From NCBI GenBank assembly GCA_003693705.1, contig RBZT01000703.1, forward strand, positions 1 through 64,000: a stretch of 64,000 nucleotides of DNA, given 5' to 3'. Positions 12,258-23,754 of this stretch are shown here, in pieces (position 1 is the stretch's first letter; every line of letters begins with the position of its first letter). The DNA comes from Polymyxa betae A26-41. Taxonomy: Eukaryota; Protista; Endomyxa: Phytomyxea. Under the pieces are notes generated by a model. The model ran no database searches, had not been told where the DNA came from, and saw nothing but the letters and a program-made list of their open reading frames with translations. A program made the position numbers and the translations under genes.

Positions 12258-13983
12258 CCAGTGCCATGTACCCGTATCCTATAGATGCAAGTATAGAGCG
12301 GATCTCCATAGTTGCTCTCTATGGTGATATTCACGAGGCGGGCTGCAGACCCGGACGGTCCCAGGGCGAACGTCTGCGCGGTGTCCACATCCTTGACGGG
12401 ATCGGGGCGGCGAAACTCCCCGGACCCCAGCGCCTGGTACCGGACCCCGTCGTCCGAGGCCGCCACGTGGAACTGTCTCGGCGCCGTACTAGACAACAGG
12501 ATGGTGAGCGATGGGAGAACGCGGGAAAGAGCTCCGTGCGGAACGGGCCGGCTGGAAGCGAAAAAACGATACCTAAAGTCCGGGGCCAGCTCCGGAGCGA
12601 CGTGTTCGAATGTGATGGCGTCGATGAAGATGGAATCGGACAGCTGTAACAGAACCCATCCGGATGATCCCGACATTGGCCTGTTGGAAAGCAGTCGGAT
12701 CATGTTACGGCAGTGAAACATAAATTCAACGTCAACGAGATGTAACGCAGGAACATTCGTCCAATGATAAAGAGCTGAAACGTAGCATGACCCACCAGCA
12801 ATCGGAAAGCTGCATGGACGGACGGATCACGTTTCTCACGGGAAACGTTACCGGTGTAAACGTTAGCATCAGTCTGTGATCGCACATTGCCCGTCAGATC
12901 AGACTGCTCAGTGGCTTGTCTTCACGTTACCTGACAAACGTCCACAACGTCACGTAATGGACTCCGCTGGTAGCGATCACCTCTGTATCGTAAACAGTCA
13001 GCGGCAGGCACGGGAGAAACCCGGTTCGGTAACGTAGCTGCCTCCAGTGCTCTCCAGTGCGTAATCGACACGTTCGGTTCGGTCCGCCATGTAACGATAC
13101 AGGAGTCGGTTTACGATACGGCCGACGTCGGCCGAGTCCGCTGTCAGTACCGTAACCATACTGTTCTGGCTATGCAGACGATCCGTTTCCAGACGCCGCA
13201 GTCGCTCATCATATCGTCCGTAACGTGTCTCAAGTCCGTCCAGGACGCTCTGTGGAACGTTAGGCTGCTTGAAACGTTGCTCGACTTGCAGGAGGCGTTC
13301 GGTGAGGTCATTGAAGATAGTTTGTTGCTTCGCCTCCATATTTGTTAATGTCGCATGAAGATGGGTAACGTCAACATCGCCTCTATTGCCATCGTTACGT
13401 TGTATGGAGCCCTAAAGAGGCAGCAGTTGGTAATGGAAAAATCCTGCTAAATACAAGGAACCAGATCGACAGTATATTGTCGTTACAGATGCAGTGATTA
13501 TGTTACAGATTCGATACCTGGGTATGTAATTGATCCAGTCTGGATTCTAGCTTGAGCAATTTTTCGTTAAACGTTACTTGTAACTGTTTGATCTGTAGCT
13601 GGAACTTCTGTTCAGCAGCAGGATCGGAGCCACCTGTGAGTGATGAGTTCAGGGTTTAGGGGTTTAGGGTTTAACCCTCACCTGTCTGCACCTCATCCAG
13701 CTTTGTCTTCATGCGATCTATAGCCTGTTCTAACTCCGTGACTCGTGATATACGAGGATACACTAACGCAGCTAATAGACCGACTAATACAGATACATAC
13801 ACATAGACGCTTGTAACATTATCAGTATCGTAACACTGATGGTTATGTTGCTTACAGTACAGACGACGACTCTTGGCTGTTACTGCTATTTGATCTCTGT
13901 TTTGATGAGGCGATTGGCTCGCTGTCCGAGTCAGCGTAATTCGACTCCGAAGGTTGATGTTTCGTCACGGACTTTCGAGCCAT
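12242..13983 (-). CDS. C-terminal SUN (Sad1/UNC-84) domain nuclear envelope protein
   Basis: Short basic/Ser-rich N-terminus MARKSVTK, a TM helix (VYVYVSVLVGLLAALVY), coiled coil, then VDYALESTGG...ITFEHV...STAPRQFHV...IESNYGDPLYTCIYRIRVHG. Confidence 0.9.
13651..13678 (+). repeat. Interstitial telomere-like repeat in a SUN intron
   Basis: AGGG TTTAGGGG TTTAGGG TTTAACCCT. Confidence 0.65.
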
Positions 13984-14305
13984 GTTACGTTCCAGATATA
14001 TTGTTACCGATGACAGAGGCCTTGGTACCGCCTAATGATCCGTTTCCATACAATATCTACAGTTACGTTACAGGTCCGTGGCAGCGAACGAGCCTGCTAA
14101 CCCAGCAGGCATCAAACGTTACGATTCAGGGGGGCCCGACGCAGTCATACAGATCGGAGATAAACTTACCGTGTCACGTTACAGAATGAAACATAATAGT
14201 GCAATCTGTATACGATACATAGCCGCTTTTTACAAGCAGATGTGGTATATTACTGTATTTTATTATACACAGTATCGGGGTAACATAATGCCATGTAATA
14301 ATACA

Positions 14306-16877
14306 TCAGGCATGAGGCTCCCGCTCTGACTGACACAGTTCACACTGAATGGTTGCGTCCTTCAAACAGCTGACATGAAACGTATGTCCGCAGGGCCGGA
14401 CCCCGATCTGATGCTGTTGTATCAGTTGCAATAATTCCTGTAACATAATCAGCATATGGGACCGAAAATCATGAATTAGGGGGGTTGAACCTGAAGAGAA
14501 CTGCCAGTCGGTTGACGACACACCGAGCATCTGTTACAGTAACGTAACATGCCATCTGCCACCTAACGATACAATCAGTATCAGCCACAGCAACAAGGTG
14601 ATGTTTTGTTAACAATAATCGTTACGATACATGTCATGCTATCACTTCTTTATGTTACAAGCCCTGTAACAAAACGTGATTGAATCTCACCTGATCCATC
14701 AAAGACGCTATCTCTATATTGAAGTCAATATGCGGACACAGATGATATACAGCGACTCCGGGTCGGACTTACCAGCTGGCGGGGGCCGGGCCGGCACGAC
14801 CTCGGCCGTGCGGGCCCGTACGAACTCGATCAGGTCGCGGACTGCATCGTCATGATCTTCCAGAGCAGGATGCCGCTCGAGTAACGTGACCAAGTCGCGG
14901 CCCACATTGTCGTTCATGTTACAGAGGTCGGGCGGCATCTGGGCAATGACAGAGCGAAGATTTTGGAGGTCGCGTTCGGGGTCCTGGGGCCATAACGGGT
15001 GCTGTGCGATCATCATGGGCAGAGACACGCCCTGGTTGTCATAAACGATGAGGCGATGGACGGGGCCTGAAACGTAACGGGCCGCCCAGGTAACGTATTG
15101 GAACAGGTTGAGGCGGAACCCGATCGGGGACCGAGCCAGGGCCGCGGACTTTAGCAATGGGATCAGGACACAGGTCGCCGACGATGCCGATGACAGACGC
15201 AGGGGTTGGTTCAGCTGCATCCTGAGTAACGTAATCAGAACGGGTGTTCACGTTACGTGCGTGATGTTACGGAATACCATTTGTAGAAGACGGAGGCCAG
15301 GCGTAGTTGGTCATTCTCCTCCCAAAAGGTGCGGCCCAGAAACCCGACCAGACTCTGCATATGTGTCGGGTCTGGAAAGCGCTCCATGAAGTAATGTAAA
15401 GTGCTGACCGTAACGTCAATGGCCAGTCGTACGAGACGACGGGAGTGATCCCGCATCAGATCATCGTCAGCGCTTTGTTCCAGTTGGGTACTGAGAGACA
15501 TCAACACTCTCCTACCAGCAGCATCAGTCAGAAGCGGGAGGGTTTTAAGGGTTTAGGGTTCTCCCTACCGTAACGCATCACCGAACGTCGTCAGAAACCT
15601 CTCATACTGATACGGCAGGATATGATCCAGAACACGAACGCACAACTGTTTCACGAACGTGTCCGAGTCGTACTGGTCCAGGGACTGGCTGAGCAGAAAC
15701 AGAGAGACGCCGGCGAGGCCGTCCAGATCGCCGTCGAAGAATTGCAGCTCGATCAGCAGATCCGTGACGAGATCGTCATCGTCGGACGGCAGCCCAAGGC
15801 GACCCAGTACGGCGCGGATGTCGGCGTACGGCGCAATGCACGGGTAGAACAGGCGGATGCCGTGCAGGTACGGCAATTGGGCGAGCTCGGCCCGGACCAA
15901 GGTGGCGGCCGCGCCGGTGTCCGTGCGCTGTAACAGGCGGCGCCAGATGCGGAACACGCCGTCGTCGACGCGGTCCGGGAACCCGCGTCGAACCGTCTCG
16001 TAGCACGGCGCGAGGAGCGCCGGGTCGTGTAACGCAGGGAACTCCGGGGCCGCCAACGTCCTCTCCATGTACCAGATGGTCCGAGCGGACTGTGACCAGT
16101 CGGGCAGCGTCTGGGTCGATGCAAGCAGCGACGGGACCCGGGCGTAGTCCGAGGCCGGCAACTGCAGGACCAGTACGGCGCAGAATTCGGCGAGTAGGGC
16201 CGTGGGTCGGGACGGAGCGCCGACCTGGGCCTGAATCCAGCCGATCACGTCGTCGGTGTAGTCCGGAATACGGCACTGATAGAAACACGAATCAGATATC
16301 CGATTAACGTTACTGTAAACTCTAATAAGGAAACGTCACGTTATATGAGAGGTGAAGTTACCTCACATGAAACATGAAGCAACGTTAGTTGAAACATAAA
16401 GCAAAAACTGAAAAAGAATCGCCATCATACATAGTCACAATATCCGCTGATGAAGAGATCGGAGATATCAGAGTCCGGACTCCCATTGAAGTAACAGTAC
16501 AGCTCCAGGGCCGCGATGTTCATCAGATCGTACTGGCCCCAGATATCCTGTATTCCATGCCTACAGTGATATTAGGTCACCGTGCGGTTTCATGTTACAT
16601 ATGGATCAAGCGTATCGTAAATCAACAGAAAACAGCAAGCGTATCAGAACAACAGTAAAATGTAACGTAGAAACAGCAGAATGAAATCACGTTACATTTG
16701 GCTGTACTCGCTGTACAGAAGCTGCAGTGCGGATTCCGGGTTGAATTCCGGGATCGTATCGTCGGACGTGGTGGTGTCATCGCTCATGGCGACATCGTAG
16801 GTGCCGGTGGCGCACACCGGCCCAAGTAACGTGACCAGGACGACGAGTAACGTGGCCCCAGCAGCGAGTACGACCAT
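14306..16877 (-). CDS. Putative secreted protein with a C-terminal RING-H2 finger, multi-exon
   Basis: Signal-peptide-like MVVLAAGATLLVVLVTLLGPVCA; helical middle region; spliced C-terminus CSVC...PCGHTFHVSC...CELC. Confidence 0.6.
15539..15560 (+). repeat. Interstitial telomere-like repeat in a RING-gene intron
   Basis: AGGG TTTTAAGGG TTTAGGG TT. Confidence 0.6.
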
Positions 16878-17064
16878 GTCGCGAGATCTGCGCCGACAGA
16901 AGAATAGAGGCTCTACCATGACCAGAAGATCGCCCAGAACTGCGGTCGGAACTTCCTCCCGAACTGATCCGAGACCGATCCCATACGGGCGGGCCGGGTC
17001 GGGGGCCGGTATGACTTGACCAGACCGTCCCGACGACGAGAATGGAAAGAAAGTGCGCGCGACT

Positions 17065-17087
17065 CTAAACCCTAAAACCCTAGCCCT
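17065..17087 (-). repeat. Telomere-like (telo-box-like) repeat upstream of the RING gene
   Basis: CTAAA CCCTAAAA CCCTAG CCCT on the + strand. Confidence 0.6.
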
Positions 17088-17392
17088 TCGACCCTGTCCT
17101 CGCTAATTGTTCGATCCGCCAGGTCGGTAGGAGGCCCATTCACAGTGCTGCTTAGCTGTCCCTTCTCTCTCGGTTACAACGGCGCTGCTGGAAAGCGCCA
17201 AATTTCTGTCCATTTCTCTTCAGGAGCCCTCATCACGCCCATAATATTTATTTTGCGGTCGTCGCTGGCAATAAGAGCATCGGGCAGCATCGTCATTTTG
17301 CAGTACGCTACGGTATCAGATTCATTGCGGAGATCGATTCAAACTCTGTGCTTGCATTAGTGCGGACTTGGAGCTGTGATAAGATCTCGTTA

Positions 17393-17873
17393 CTAGGATT
17401 CACGTCTGTAGATTGTAACGGAAGAGCCGTTGGGCTCAATGAGCGGCTCCCAGGCAATAATTTCGAACACGCTAAAGTGATTATCAAAAATTACGATATT
17501 AAACTGAACGACCGAGCTGTCTGATACTAGGTAGGGAACTATGGACTCCGATCGGCTCTGAATTCTCTCGAATTCGACCTGGATCTGACAAATCAAGCCG
17601 AAAACCTTCTCATAATGTTTCATGACAATGTTTGTTTTTATTTTTGTCGTTGAAGCAATCAGGCAACGTTTGATCATGTTGATAGCCGCATCTTAATCTT
17701 GGGCTCTCTGTCCATCGTTGATGAAGACGTTTTCAAAAGAGTTGGGACAGTGTTGCATGACTGTATTGACGATCGAGTTTTTTTTTCTGCAAAATATACC
17801 CCGGCTCTGTACTGGAGCCGTTTAAGGCGCACCATTTGCAGATCCGGACAGCTGATATGGCTAGCTCGGTCAT
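17393..17873 (-). pseudogene. Possibly degraded intronless ORF of unknown origin
   Basis: The 94-aa ORF extends upstream through an in-frame TAA and a probable frameshift in an A9 run; it sits next to a strand-skewed tract. Confidence 0.2.
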
Positions 17874-19192
17874 TAATTTAATGCGTCGATGCGCGGTTGA
17901 TTTCTACATAGAGGCTGCTGTTGACGCTATATTGATTGATGAGTAGCGTGCTGGACAATGAAGCGATCACTTTTCACAGGCGGCAGTTGCGTTTTTCATA
18001 TTCCACGGCGTGACGAACGCCTCCACAACAAAGACGCAAGTTTGAAAAAATCCAGGCTGGTGCGTGGATATGATTGGGGATGTTTTTTTGGGAAGTTTGG
18101 TTTGGTATGGGAATGGACTGTTATGGGAAATGGGATTTGATTTCTAATACAAATGACGGTGTGGGTTTGGATGGTTTTGGATGAATTTGAGTTTGATTTG
18201 GGTGATTGAAATTGGGATCTGGTGGGACGGTGATCTCTGGATGCTCGTTTATTTACGAAGTTTCAATTGAAGTTTTCATTGATTTATGTTGTCACTTCAC
18301 GAAATGTTTTTTTCCTTCCCATCCTTTACAATCTAAATTTTTTGTGTAATAGGTCGACAAACCATCATGGCACCAAAATGAGAAAGCAAAAAAATTCAAT
18401 ATAAAGATGATCATCTGGTGAGTGGTCTGAACGTGCAACGAAATAGCCAAACCATTAGATATATATTGCTTAGTTGGTTGCCCATTTGATGCAAAATTGG
18501 TCTGATTGAATTTATTCGGGTCGATGCGCTACATTTTCTCTTGCGAAGGCCGCTACGAAACAGCAGATCGTAAGATTTGATGCAAAAATGTGTTTGGGCT
18601 CCTCGACTCCGACATCCTTCACCCACTTCCTTCTGAGCCTAACTGCTTAAGCACCTCGCTCAGTGGCATCCCTCGCGATTGTTCGTAGCGCGAACAACTA
18701 GCTCAGATGCAACGAAAAGGCCTTGACTCTGATCACTCTGCGAGTCATTCATTGACTGGGTTCCGATTCCATACATGTTTTTCTCAATATCAAAGCTGCA
18801 TTGCAAGCTGCGGATTACAGATGCTGAGCTGAAATGGAATTATAGTCTCCATAGTGGCCAGGAGATCGATTCCATCGAATCGTGATTATTTGAACCGGGC
18901 TACCTACCTTACTTAGATGCAGCCATCTAGAGATGTTCTTCACTAGTCTTTTAAGTACGATACGCCGTCGCACACTGCACATTTCAGGCAAGACTTCAAC
19001 TGGATAGAATGGATCTCGGCGATTGCGGCACTTCGAAAGCCCAAAAAAGTGACAAAGCACGTCACTTGCGACCAATATGCGAATTTACTTGACCGACTAA
19101 CTCTTGGCCAGATATGTTTAGAACAATCCATAATAGATTGGAGAAAGAAAAACAATGAGGCTGTTCTCATTGTCTTCCAAAACAGCATTAAC

Positions 19193-20916
19193 TTAATCGG
19201 AATCCGACTCTTCGATGACATGACGCCTCTTTGCAGCAGGCCTGTGATGAACTTCCACGTCTTCGTCGCCCTCAGATTCTGGTTCATCGACGACTTTTTC
19301 AATCTTCTCCTTTTGTTCCTGTTTCATTTCTTAGAACCGGCATTTGGCGAGAAAAAATCAATGGGAACACGAAAGCATGTATGCAATATTCATTAAGAAT
19401 GAAGAGGAAAGAAAAAGACTGAAAGATTATATATAAAATATTTTGAAAAAGAAAAGATCTATTGAATTCGAAACATTCAAAAAGTAAAGATTGAATGACA
19501 AAATGAACCTTTTTCTTGATGATGGCACGCCCTTTGATATCTTCGCCTCTCTTCGCTGCTTGCAAGCGCTGAGCGACACCGTCTTCGTCTAAGACACGAC
19601 GACGAGGTGCCTCTTCTTCGCTGCTGAGCTCTTCTTCTTCGGAATACTCTAAGAAATCGGCAGAGAAGGAATCCGGCGGCGGAACGAATCGTTGTGCCCT
19701 CTCGCGAGCGCTCTCCCGCATCTCTTTCAAACGGTATTGCTGCAGCATACGTTCAGATAGGCGCTCGAGCCACAACGATAAACAAAGGTGACAAATTCTT
19801 GGGAAAGGAAAAACGTCGCTACCCGAATCTTCTCTTCAACGTCCTTCTCAGGATCGGTTGTCGTGACGATCTTCTTCGCCGTCTGGACCGGAGTGTGCAC
19901 GATCTTCTTCCGTTTGGGGACAAGTACGACCAGGTTCTGGGCGGGTTTCACCAGCACTTTCGATGTGAACGCAGCGCGGCATTGCTGCAGCTGATCGTCG
20001 CCGACATCGGTCTGATCGTACAGATAGTGAAGGCGATCAGGCAATGGCGTCTTGACGATATCGAGCACCAACGACCCTACTAACATCTGAATGCAAAAAA
20101 TTGAACATCAGTGCTCTGAAACAATTGCCAAAATTCAGCTTTGAGAAACAAAATTAACGGAAAAGGTGAAAAGTGAATCATATCAAGAAATCATATTGAA
20201 TAAACAGTTTTCAATCATACACAAAACAGTACGGTAGAGAAGCGATACCTGAACAGTGCCATCCGACCAAGTTACAAATCGAGCGTTGCTTTCCCTGAAC
20301 TTATTCCCTTCTTCGTCTTCAACCATGCGCCATCGGATCTTATGGGGAATATGATAGGCATCACCTAACACGTCCCTCAAATCGAGTAATTAGCACACAG
20401 CAGCAACCACATACCGTTGCTATCGACAATTTCTTGGCGAACGCGCTCGGGATCGAATTCGTCTTGCTCTGCATGCATCCAGGTTGGCATCTTTACAGTG
20501 CAGAGCTCGGTTCCTAGAAACAAAATTAAACTCAGAAGAGACGGTTGAGAATAGGCCAGCATTACCAAAACGAAAATAAGAAACTACGTTTGTCATAAAA
20601 AAAAACAAAACATGAGCAATGATCATCTTTGATGTTTACTACCAGTGCCTCCTATACTGATGTGATCCCGAGATTTCTTAATGGTTCTTGAAGGGCCCAA
20701 GACCCTCTGCTTGGATGGCGTCGTGAACGGTTTCACATCCCTCATCTTCTGATCCTGAACGGCGTCGGCCTCGCGCTCATCTTCACTGCCGAACAGATCG
20801 TCGTCAGTGCCAGGAGCAGACTTGGGCTCGGAATCGTCCGATTTCGGTTTCGCCCTCTGATCGGCGCCATCGTCGAGCTCTAGATCGGACCCGAACAGAT
20901 CATCATCATCCGACAT
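19193..20916 (-). CDS. LEO1: RNA polymerase-associated Paf1 complex subunit Leo1
   Basis: Acidic DDDLFGSD N-terminus; IRWRMVEDEEGNKFRESNARFVTWSDGTVQ Leo1 core; DPEKD; acidic/basic C-terminus. Confidence 0.88.
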
Positions 20917-21298
20917 TTGGAATGAAACAGCAAAAAAAAGTATAAAATGCGTCTATTCGCACTTCATTGTTTTATGTTGATTTTTGCAAATGCGATTTCG
21001 AAATCATTTGCACTGTCTATCACGGCTAGAAGCAACGATTCTGTACAAATTAAAGTTGATTGTTTGTGATCCATGTCAGCGTTGTCGAAAATGTTTTTTT
21101 TTTCAGCTTTCGATGCAAGGAAAGATCTGAAGGCCTGGAAGGAAGATTGCTGTAATACCTTTCAGATAGGTCGATAAGAATGAACTTACTCCTACCAGGA
21201 CAGCATGTAAGCCACAGCCGACCACACAGAACTTGCCTTTTAGAAAGGTCCTCCAAACGAGCTTCAACAGAGAAGTCACGTTACGTCTCATTCGTTTA

Positions 21299-22573
21299 AT
21301 GGAAGTGACGTCTTTATTTGATGTTAGCGACAAGATCGCCCTGGTCTCAGGCGGCGCTCGTGGCATCGGGGCCATGATCACCAAAGGTCTGATCGCCAAC
21401 GGCGCCCGTGTCATTGTCGTGTCCAGGAAACCAGCGCCAGACGCCTTCCCAGATGCGGCTGACCAGCCAGGTTCGGTGGAATTCATCACCGCCGATCTTA
21501 GCAGAGATGACGAAGGCAAAAGGGTTGCTGAAGCCGTCCAGAGCAAATATCAGAAGCTTCACATTCTGGTGAATAATTCGGGCTGTAATTGGGGTTCGCT
21601 TTCTTTATTCTGATTTTGTCTAATATCGTAAACCGTTTTTCTGTTTGGTATTTTCGCTTAGAAAGATCGCTCCAGATTGTCGGACTGATTTTTCAGGAGC
21701 CCCATTGGAGAAATATCCCTATGATGCCTTTGAGAAGGTGTTTCGTCTGAACGTATTCGGTGTGTTCTCCTTAATTAAGTATCTGATCCCGATTCTCGAG
21801 AAGTCGGGTTCAGCTGCAGACCCTGCACGAATTATCAACATTGGATCTGTGAATGGTACAATTATGAAGCTGTTCTTTAGCGTTGACTTTTCATTTCCAT
21901 TATTGGCGGTTACATTTAAAAATCTTGGATTTTGTTGTTTTAACTTGATGATTTTGGATTTGATACTGATAAAGGAATTAGGCGTTGCTGTGCCACATTT
22001 GGAGACGTATGCATATTCGTCCAGTAAAGCAGCACTTCACATGCTAACCCAAACCTTGGCGAGCCGCTTGGCACCCAAACATATCACCGTTAATGCTGTC
22101 CTGCCAGTATGCAATTCTAATTTGTTATGTTGCCCATTTCGTTTAGTCAGCTGTTTTTGCTTTTTCCTGTTGAGAAAGATTGTTGGATAAAATCTCATAT
22201 GATGCCAAGCTTCATGATAGGGGCCTTTCCTCACACATATGACTGCAGCATCGTTCAAGAAGGCAGACAACGCTTTTGTTAAATCTGTGCCAATGGGTCT
22301 GCTTCCAACTTGTTTCCTTCTTGTAACTAAAGCCCTCGCAGGTCGTTTGGGTCATGAAAACGATATGGCTGGCGCGATTTTGTAAGCTTTTCAGAATATA
22401 TTCGCTTAATTTCTTTTTTTGTTTTATAGTCTTTTACTGAATTTCGACGTCTATCCAAACTTGAATTCTAACTCCATCCATTTTACAGGTATCTGACTTC
22501 GAAGGCAAGCAACTATGTAACCGGAGCATTAATCCCAGTGGATGGTGGTTCTCTTGTATCTTCTAAATTGTAA
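21299..22573 (+). CDS. Short-chain dehydrogenase/reductase (classical SDR), multi-exon
   Basis: SGGARGIG, ILVNNSG, IINIGS, YSSSK, TVNAVLP and YVTGALIPVDGG. Confidence 0.92.
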
Positions 22574-22856
22574 TACTGCATCACTACAGATTCCGAAGCT
22601 ATTCGGTGCTATATAGCAAGTTCTTCGTAAACTATGGAAAAATACACCAAAGCTTTACCTCTAGTAGAATTCCATCACAAGCAGGCAATAAATGTTAGCA
22701 AACCTGCTAATGATATCGAAGAAATGGGCAAGGCAAAGAGAAGGCACGGCTCGGTGCGCACGGAATGAACGGTGCGGAGTCCGCTCATGGACTTGTGTGG
22801 TGCAGGATTCACGCCAGGGTCGGCCGAGCCCATTTTGTTTATTTCAGAGCCACCCA

Positions 22857-23608
22857 TGGAAATGATGGACGGAGACGATGCTCTAGCCGACCAGATATTA
22901 GAGCAATTTCAATTCGGCGATTATAGCAATGGCAATGAGCTGCTGGCGACCCCGGCTCCGGTTACTTCGAGTTCATCGCCTCCTGCACCGCCTGATATCT
23001 TTAATATCGGGCTTGGCAACCTCATTGACGAGCCCAGGCAGGGTCAAGTCGCCTCATGCGAGCTTGTCGATCTGTTACTGCTCGAGAATGATATTAGTGA
23101 CCAGACTCGAGATCGTCTCGGGCTGATGATGCCTGACGAAGTGAATCAGTTTCCAGCATTCCCTGATAAGCCGTGGATGCCGGAAATCAAAGACGAACCG
23201 CTGGAGGGTCGTTTACCGCCTCCGACGATTTTGCACCCTGTCATTGCTAAACCGCACATTCACCATCACAAGCGGCAGCCGCATCATCATTTTCGTCATG
23301 ATCGCGTTCAGGAGCCGTTCAACTGGTCTCGAATTCATGACCCGATTCGCCGGAAGAAGATCGAGCGATGGAAACAGAAACGGGATCGCATTCGGTCTGG
23401 TTTGACAGTGAAGCATGTTTATGACGTTCGAGTACAGCATGCCATTAAGCGGCCTCGAACTGGGTACGAATACGCTGTTGGGTTTCGGTTAATCGGTAGT
23501 AATCTCGGTTCAGAGGTCGTTTTGTTTCTGCCGCCGCCCAGAGCGCGATGCACGAGACGAATTCGGAATTGAGGCACGATGAGAACACGACCAGCATGAC
23601 GGCATAGA
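22857..23608 (+). CDS. CCT-motif protein with an acidic/Pro-rich N-terminus
   Basis: RRKKIERWKQKRDRIRSGLTVKHVYDVRVQHAIKRPRTG|GRFV after removing the intron at ~23464-23513, matching the CCT consensus. Confidence 0.7.
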
Positions 23609-23754
23609 GCGTTCTGCGGCTGAAGCAGCACCGTTGCTATGATGGTGCCAATCGTCCTCGCTGTTTCAGTTTGGACACTTTATAGCAATAAAAACGTAAA
23701 ACCTAATCGTATCAGTTATTCCATCTGCACGATCATCATTTAATTCTGTATTGG

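Noticed and set aside
12646-16851. CRISPR-like array, satellite or RFX X-boxes as the explanation for GTWAC repeats
   Set aside because: No fixed repeat/spacer period, no full X-box palindromes and no parallel enrichment of GCAAC
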